A DNA stretch of 64,000 nt, from NCBI GenBank assembly GCA_963751345.1, contig CAVVUS010000011.1, positions 256,001-320,000 of the forward strand. Reading direction: 5' to 3'. Of this stretch, positions 59,623 through 64,000 are shown piece after piece; position 1 is the stretch's first letter, and every line of letters starts with the position of its first letter. This DNA is from an uncultured Chloroflexia bacterium. GTDB lineage: Bacteria; Chloroflexota; Anaerolineae; B4-G1; SLSP01. The position numbers were made by a program, and so were the translations under genes. Below the pieces are notes generated by a model. It was not told the DNA's origin and did not search any database. It was given only the letters and a program-made list of their open reading frames with translations.

Positions 59623-61779
59623 CTAGCGTCTCTCCATCGACAAGCCCATTGACTGCGAGAGCACACTGCGCATCCCCTGTACCGTCGTGCGCATCTCCTG
59701 CAGCTCCTCCATGGTCTGTTGTACCACCGGATTCGCGGCGCCCTGCCCACCGTAGGCGCTGCCCGGCGTTCTCTGCGAGGTGATGAAGTAGATGCGTTGG
59801 GGAGAGGCGCGGTAGACGACCCCGCCCGTCCGCCCCCAATTGCCCAACTGGAAGTCCTGGTAAGGTTGATAATAGGTTACGCCGCCCTCGCGCGACCCCG
59901 TTTCCGCGTTACGCGTGCCCTCCACCGCGCCACGTGCTTCGGTCGCGTGCCGCCCCGCTTCCATCTCGGTCCGCCCCATCCCCATCGTGGTGTCGATCTG
60001 CACGACGAGGATGTCCACGTCGCCCAACAGGCCGGCGATGACCGTGTACCCCTGCCCGCCTCCCGGCCCTCCCGGGCGGTCGGCGGCCGCCCCGAGGTTG
60101 GTCAGCGTCGTGCGCAGGGAATCGCGTGCCTGCTGGTACTCCCTCAGTCGCTCCTCAAGCGTCTGCATCGCGCTAAACAGGGCTGTCTGCGCCTGGCGCA
60201 CGCCCGACACATTGGCGGTAATGGCGGCTTGCCGCGACTGTGCGTTCGCCTGGCTGATCTGGGACTCAATCTGGTTGGTCTGCTCCCGGTACCACTCCTG
60301 GCTAATCGCGGTCGCAATCGTGTCAGGGCTGAGCGCGCCCAGCGCTTGGCTGCCCAAGTTGGTCGCTGCTTCGCCGACGGCGCTGGTTGCGGCCTCTGTC
60401 GCCGCAGTGCCGAGTCCCGCCGCGCCGCCGAGGGCCGAGAGCACCTGCAGCCCCGTCGACAGGCGGCTCTGCATTGTGGAGACCTTCGCTTTGATCTGCC
60501 GCTGCTGCGCCGCCAAGTCGGGGTCCTCCTCCCTCGGTATGATGCCCGCGTTGAGGGTGCTCAGTGCGGAGTTCAGGCCGTGTACGGCTTGGCTCGCCTC
60601 ACGCTGTGCGCGGGTGAAATTGTTCCCTGCCCCCATCAGCCTGTCATGGGCCTCCTGGGCTTGGGCGCGGATGACGGTGGCGTCTCCGCGCATGCCTGCG
60701 GCCGACTCCGCCGCGCTCCCCGCGCCGGTGGCCGCGCCGACGACCTCCTCGGCACGGAAAGACGCGCTCTCGTTGGGGGTTACGACGCCCATCGACTGCA
60801 GATGCAGCATCCGCCCCGAGACGCGGCCGAAGTCCAGTCGGAGCTGCTGGACCTGCTCCTGGAAAGTGCCCAGCGTCCGTCCCTGTTCTCCCACCGTCAC
60901 GAGATAATCCGAGAGCTTCGCGATCGCCTCCTCGTTGGCGGAGATCTGATCCCCCGAGATCGTGCCCTGGCGTCCACCCTCCTGCATGTTGGGGCGGTAT
61001 CCCTCGATCGTCGTCATCATACGCCGGGCGCCGCTCGCGTCCTGGACGTTATTGACCTGCATCACGGGCGGCGGCGCTGTCTGCAACTGCTCGCGCTGCT
61101 CCTGCTCCCCGGCGCTGGCCATCTCGTCCAGGTCCTCGGCGACATCGCGCTGGACGCTGGTGCGGCCTATGCCCGGTGTCCGGTTGCGAATACCCGCCAT
61201 CGTTCCCATCGTCGCGGCTATCTCTGCCGCGTGTTCCTGCGAATTCCCAGCCGGCCCTACCGTCAGTTGGCTGCTCGGAACCGCGGACTGCTGCTGCACC
61301 ACGTGGGCCAACTCGTGGCCGATCAGACGTTCGTCGGAGGCGCTAGCGTCGTGGCTGAGGAAAACGTCGCTGCCGAGGGTGAAGGCGCGGGCGCTGACGC
61401 GCCGGTTCAGTTCGTCGGCCTCGGAGTCGTCGTGAAGCCGCACGTCGCCCAACGGTGATCCGTAGGCGGCCTCCCACCTGTCCCGCTGCACGCCGTCCAG
61501 GGGGCGACCGCTGCCCAGGTTGCTGTAGATCTGGCTTGCCAGCCGGTTGCTGATAGCTCCCCCGGCCAATCCCACCTCGGCCTCGGGCCACGCCCCGTCC
61601 TCGCCGCCAAGCGCACGGGCGATGTGCTGGACGTGGGCGTTGCCGACCTGATGCTGTAGCTGACGCAGGGGAACGCCGGTGACGCCGTCCCCGAACCCCT
61701 GTGGGCCCTCCTGGGATGCCTGTCGGGTGCCGGTCGACGTCGCGTCGCGTTTCTCGTCTGTGTGTTCCTTGTCAGCCAT
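59623..61779 (-). CDS. DUF4157 (eCIS core domain) protein with a long helical C-terminal region; cargo/effector candidate
   Basis: LQHQVGNAHV, GRPLD..VRLH..ARAFTLGSDVF..IGHELAHVVQQ; start MADK with GAGGAG RBS. Confidence 0.82.
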   Translation of the reverse strand: MADKEHTDEKRDATSTGTRQASQEGPQGFGDGVTGVPLRQLQHQVGNAHVQHIARALGGEDGAWPEAEVGLAGGAISNRLASQIYSNLGSGRPLDGVQRDRWEAAYGSPLGDVRLHDDSEADELNRRVSARAFTLGSDVFLSHDASASDERLIGHELAHVVQQQSAVPSSQLTVGPAGNSQEHAAEIAATMGTMAGIRNRTPGIGRTSVQRDVAEDLDEMASAGEQEQREQLQTAPPPVMQVNNVQDASGARRMMTTIEGYRPNMQEGGRQGTISGDQISANEEAIAKLSDYLVTVGEQGRTLGTFQEQVQQLRLDFGRVSGRMLHLQSMGVVTPNESASFRAEEVVGAATGAGSAAESAAGMRGDATVIRAQAQEAHDRLMGAGNNFTRAQREASQAVHGLNSALSTLNAGIIPREEDPDLAAQQRQIKAKVSTMQSRLSTGLQVLSALGGAAGLGTAATEAATSAVGEAATNLGSQALGALSPDTIATAISQEWYREQTNQIESQISQANAQSRQAAITANVSGVRQAQTALFSAMQTLEERLREYQQARDSLRTTLTNLGAAADRPGGPGGGQGYTVIAGLLGDVDILVVQIDTTMGMGRTEMEAGRHATEARGAVEGTRNAETGSREGGVTYYQPYQDFQLGNWGRTGGVVYRASPQRIYFITSQRTPGSAYGGQGAANPVVQQTMEELQEMRTTVQGMRSVLSQSMGLSMERR

Positions 61780-61867
61780 GTATCGGATCTCCTCTGATTC
61801 CAGACTCTTGGGGTTTTCCTCTCGGGAAGCGCTGTCTCGACGAGATAACCCCAAAGGTCTTTCCCGA

Positions 61868-64000
61868 CTATGGTTCCTCTCGATCGACGGCCAGATCCTC
61901 CTCGCGCACCAGGCGCCCCATCTTCTGCAGTTCGCGCCGGGTACCGTGGAGCAGATGCCCCATTGTGACCGCCCCACCGTCTGCGGCGGCGAGGTACGCC
62001 GCGCTGACGATGACGTTGCGGATATTGCCCCCCGCCAGCCGGAACCGTTCCGCAAGAAAGCCGAAATCGATCTCCTGGCTTCGCGGTACGTTCGGAGGGA
62101 AGAGCGTGGTCCAGATTCGCAAGCGATCCTCCGCTTCCGGGAAGGGGAAGGTGACGGCAAACTGCAGCCGCCGGGTGAAGGCCTCGTCCAGGTTGCCCCG
62201 CAGGTTCGTGGCCAGGATCGTCACGCCGTCGTAAGCCTCCATGCGTTGCAGGAGATAGCTGATCTCAATATTGGCGTAGCGATCGTGGGAATCGCGCACT
62301 TCAGAGCGCTTGCCGAAGAGGGCGTCTGCCTCGTCAAAGAAGAGGATCGCGTTGCTCTGCTCTGCCTCCTGGAAGATGCGCTCGATGTTCTTTTCCGTCT
62401 CACCGATGTACTTGCTGACAATCGTCGACAGATCGATGCGATAGAGATCCAGCCCCAGCCCGCCCGCTATGATCTCCGCGGCCATGGTCTTGCCTGTGCC
62501 CGGCGGCCCCGAGAAGAGGACCGTCACGCCGCGGCTCGACGCCAGCTTGTCTCCGACGCCCCAGACGTCGAGCACTTGTGAGCGCCCGCGCACCGTATCG
62601 ATGATCTCCTGCAGCAGCACCTTCTGATCCTCCGGCAGCACGATGTCGTCCCAACGATATCTTGGCGTGATCTTGTGGGCTAGAGTGGCGAGATGTGCAT
62701 TCGAGTGCGCACGTGCGGCGGCGAAGAGAGCTTCTCGCGACAGCGCCACGCCCCGACGCACGGCCCGATCCTTTGCCGTCGCCACCGCGTCGCGGATCTG
62801 GCCACTGGTCAGCATGAACTGGCCTGCCAGCGCGTCGACCGCACCAGCATCACCCTCGATGCCATCGTCCTCAATACCGTCGGGCCCGATGAAGTGCTGC
62901 CACAGCCGCAGGCGTTGCTCGTACGGCGGGACAGGGAAGGCCACCTCGATCACGATCCGCTGCTCCGGGGTCCCGCCCTCGGTGGGGGAGAACGCCGCTG
63001 CCCTGCCGCCCTTGGGTTGCCAGAGCGCCTTCCCGGCGACGATGGCTGGGCCAGGAAAGGCGTAGAGCTCACGCAGCAGCACCGGAGGTGTGTTACCCTC
63101 GACCAGACACGCGTCCCAGCCGGCCAACATCGGGAGAGCCTCCATCAGCCGGGCATCCCGCAGCGCCAGGCGGATCGCACGGCGGGCACCGATCGGTCCG
63201 CGCATATCGGAGCCATAGCCATCGCGGCCAAGAATGCCCGCAACGTCGAGCACCAGCAACGGGCGATGGGTCGCCGCAGCCAGCAGGCGCGCCGCCACGT
63301 GCTGACCGTCGTGATCCTGCCCATGAAAGAGGTAGAGTGGGGCGGCAACGCCGGTCACGAGCTCTCCCGCGAGGGCAGCGTCGACGAGCGGATCTAGCCC
63401 GCTCGCGGGGTCGGGATCGAGAGTGATGTATCCTGCCAGGTCCGAGTGGGGCCGGTAACCACCCAGCAGCCACACCAACAGACCGTCATCTGCGGTCAAG
63501 ACACGGGCCAGGAGCGGCACGGGACCGGCCTCCGCGGGTTGTCTGAGCTCAAGGAGATGGTTCCGAAAGAGCGGGGCATCGTCCTCAAAGTGGGCCAGCA
63601 TGGCGAGCCGGCCGATCCCGCCTTCTGTCAACAGGTCCAGCACCATGTTCACCGTCGGTCGCTTCTTTGTGACGTCGTCCTGCAAGTAGCTGTAGATGCG
63701 CTCGTAGCGCAGATCAATCGAGGGTGCCAGGCAGATGAGCAGGACATCCAGCTCAAATTGGCTCAGGCCGAAAGCGGTGCGAAGGCGTTCCAGGGCCGGC
63801 GTGGTGCCTTGCTCGGGTCGCCCCGTCGAGAATGGCCTCCGCTTGGTGCTCGACCAGAGCGCTCTGCCGCTCCAGCGATGCCTCGATCTCTTCCGGCAGC
63901 GAGACCGTCTGCCCCCAGTTCGAGCTGAGAGGGCGAGCCAGCAGGGCTTCGGCCTCCTCGTCGGATACGTACAGGCCACGGAAGGCGTCGTTGGGATCCT
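61868..64000 (-). CDS. CIS AAA+ ATPase (Afp15/Pvc15-like); 5' end outside window; frameshift at ~63820
   Basis: DAFRGLYVSDEE N-terminal motif, YSYLQDDVTKKRPT, GPPGTGKT, SKYIGETEKN, FFDEADALFGKR, DRYAN, DEAFTRR. Confidence 0.93.
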   Translation of the reverse strand, partial: RIPTTPSVACTYPTRRPKPCWLALSARTGGRRSRCRKRSRHRWSGRALWSSTKRRPFSTGRPEQGTTPALERLRTAFGLSQFELDVLLICLAPSIDLRYERIYSYLQDDVTKKRPTVNMVLDLLTEGGIGRLAMLAHFEDDAPLFRNHLLELRQPAEAGPVPLLARVLTADDGLLVWLLGGYRPHSDLAGYITLDPDPASGLDPLVDAALAGELVTGVAAPLYLFHGQDHDGQHVAARLLAAATHRPLLVLDVAGILGRDGYGSDMRGPIGARRAIRLALRDARLMEALPMLAGWDACLVEGNTPPVLLRELYAFPGPAIVAGKALWQPKGGRAAAFSPTEGGTPEQRIVIEVAFPVPPYEQRLRLWQHFIGPDGIEDDGIEGDAGAVDALAGQFMLTSGQIRDAVATAKDRAVRRGVALSREALFAAARAHSNAHLATLAHKITPRYRWDDIVLPEDQKVLLQEIIDTVRGRSQVLDVWGVGDKLASSRGVTVLFSGPPGTGKTMAAEIIAGGLGLDLYRIDLSTIVSKYIGETEKNIERIFQEAEQSNAILFFDEADALFGKRSEVRDSHDRYANIEISYLLQRMEAYDGVTILATNLRGNLDEAFTRRLQFAVTFPFPEAEDRLRIWTTLFPPNVPRSQEIDFGFLAERFRLAGGNIRNVIVSAAYLAAADGGAVTMGHLLHGTRRELQKMGRLVREEDLAVDREEP

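Larger units (their letters stand above)
42916..64000 (-). other. Contractile injection system (eCIS, Afp/PVC-like) gene cluster, continuing beyond the window
   Basis: Co-oriented, partly translationally coupled ATPase-DUF4157-Pvc16-sheath-tube-chaperone-tube-LysM-VgrG-PAAR-gp25-baseplate J-wedge-kinase; no capsid, terminase or integrase. Confidence 0.92.

Noticed and set aside
59719-61458. Long plus-strand ORFs (e.g. 579 aa here; also 48966..50111, 22221..23291) and similar minus-strand shadows
   Set aside because: They are antisense shadows of well-supported genes, expected at high GC, with no recognisable motifs.
47147-64000. Prophage or R-type tailocin
   Set aside because: No capsid, portal, terminase, integrase or lysis genes; the Afp15-type ATPase, Pvc16 and DUF4157 are eCIS hallmarks.
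47147-64000. Canonical T6SS (because of VgrG, PAAR, FHA and kinase)
   Set aside because: The sheath is a single phage-type protein, the tubes are gp19-type, and there are no TssB/C, Hcp, TssJLM or ClpV genes.

Overview
This is a high-GC bacterial window, most likely from Chloroflexota/Anaerolineae (inferred from Pro/Thr-rich linkers, an orphan Flp pilin and gene styles; not proven). About a dozen single-base frameshifts split otherwise intact genes, which points to long-read assembly errors. The left part (1-30 kb) is mostly housekeeping: a PDH-type 2-oxoacid dehydrogenase operon with msrA/msrB between E2 and E3, a clan GH-A glycoside hydrolase lipoprotein, tRNA-Val, an ABC-2 exporter, korA, a prepilin peptidase, mtnA, GDPD, an Flp pilin, mfd, pth, pspC, zwf, fumC, and an ABC-F ATPase preceded by a leader ORF and attenuator-like hairpins. 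The middle (30.6-42.9 kb) has phosphoketolase and acetate kinase directly followed by a complete membrane-bound group 4 [NiFe] hydrogenase with its own maturation protease. The right part (42.9-64 kb, minus strand, running off the window) is a contractile injection system (eCIS, Afp/PVC-like). It encodes an AAA ATPase, a DUF4157 cargo candidate, Pvc16, sheath, two tubes, a chaperone, LysM/Afp7, VgrG, PAAR, gp25, baseplate J and an FHA-fused baseplate wedge protein. It ends in a large transmembrane Ser/Thr kinase that carries its own FHA domain and extracellular Ig/SH3 domains. The best candidate for an undescribed system is this apparently phosphorylation-gated, possibly membrane-docked CIS with no visible tail fibre.
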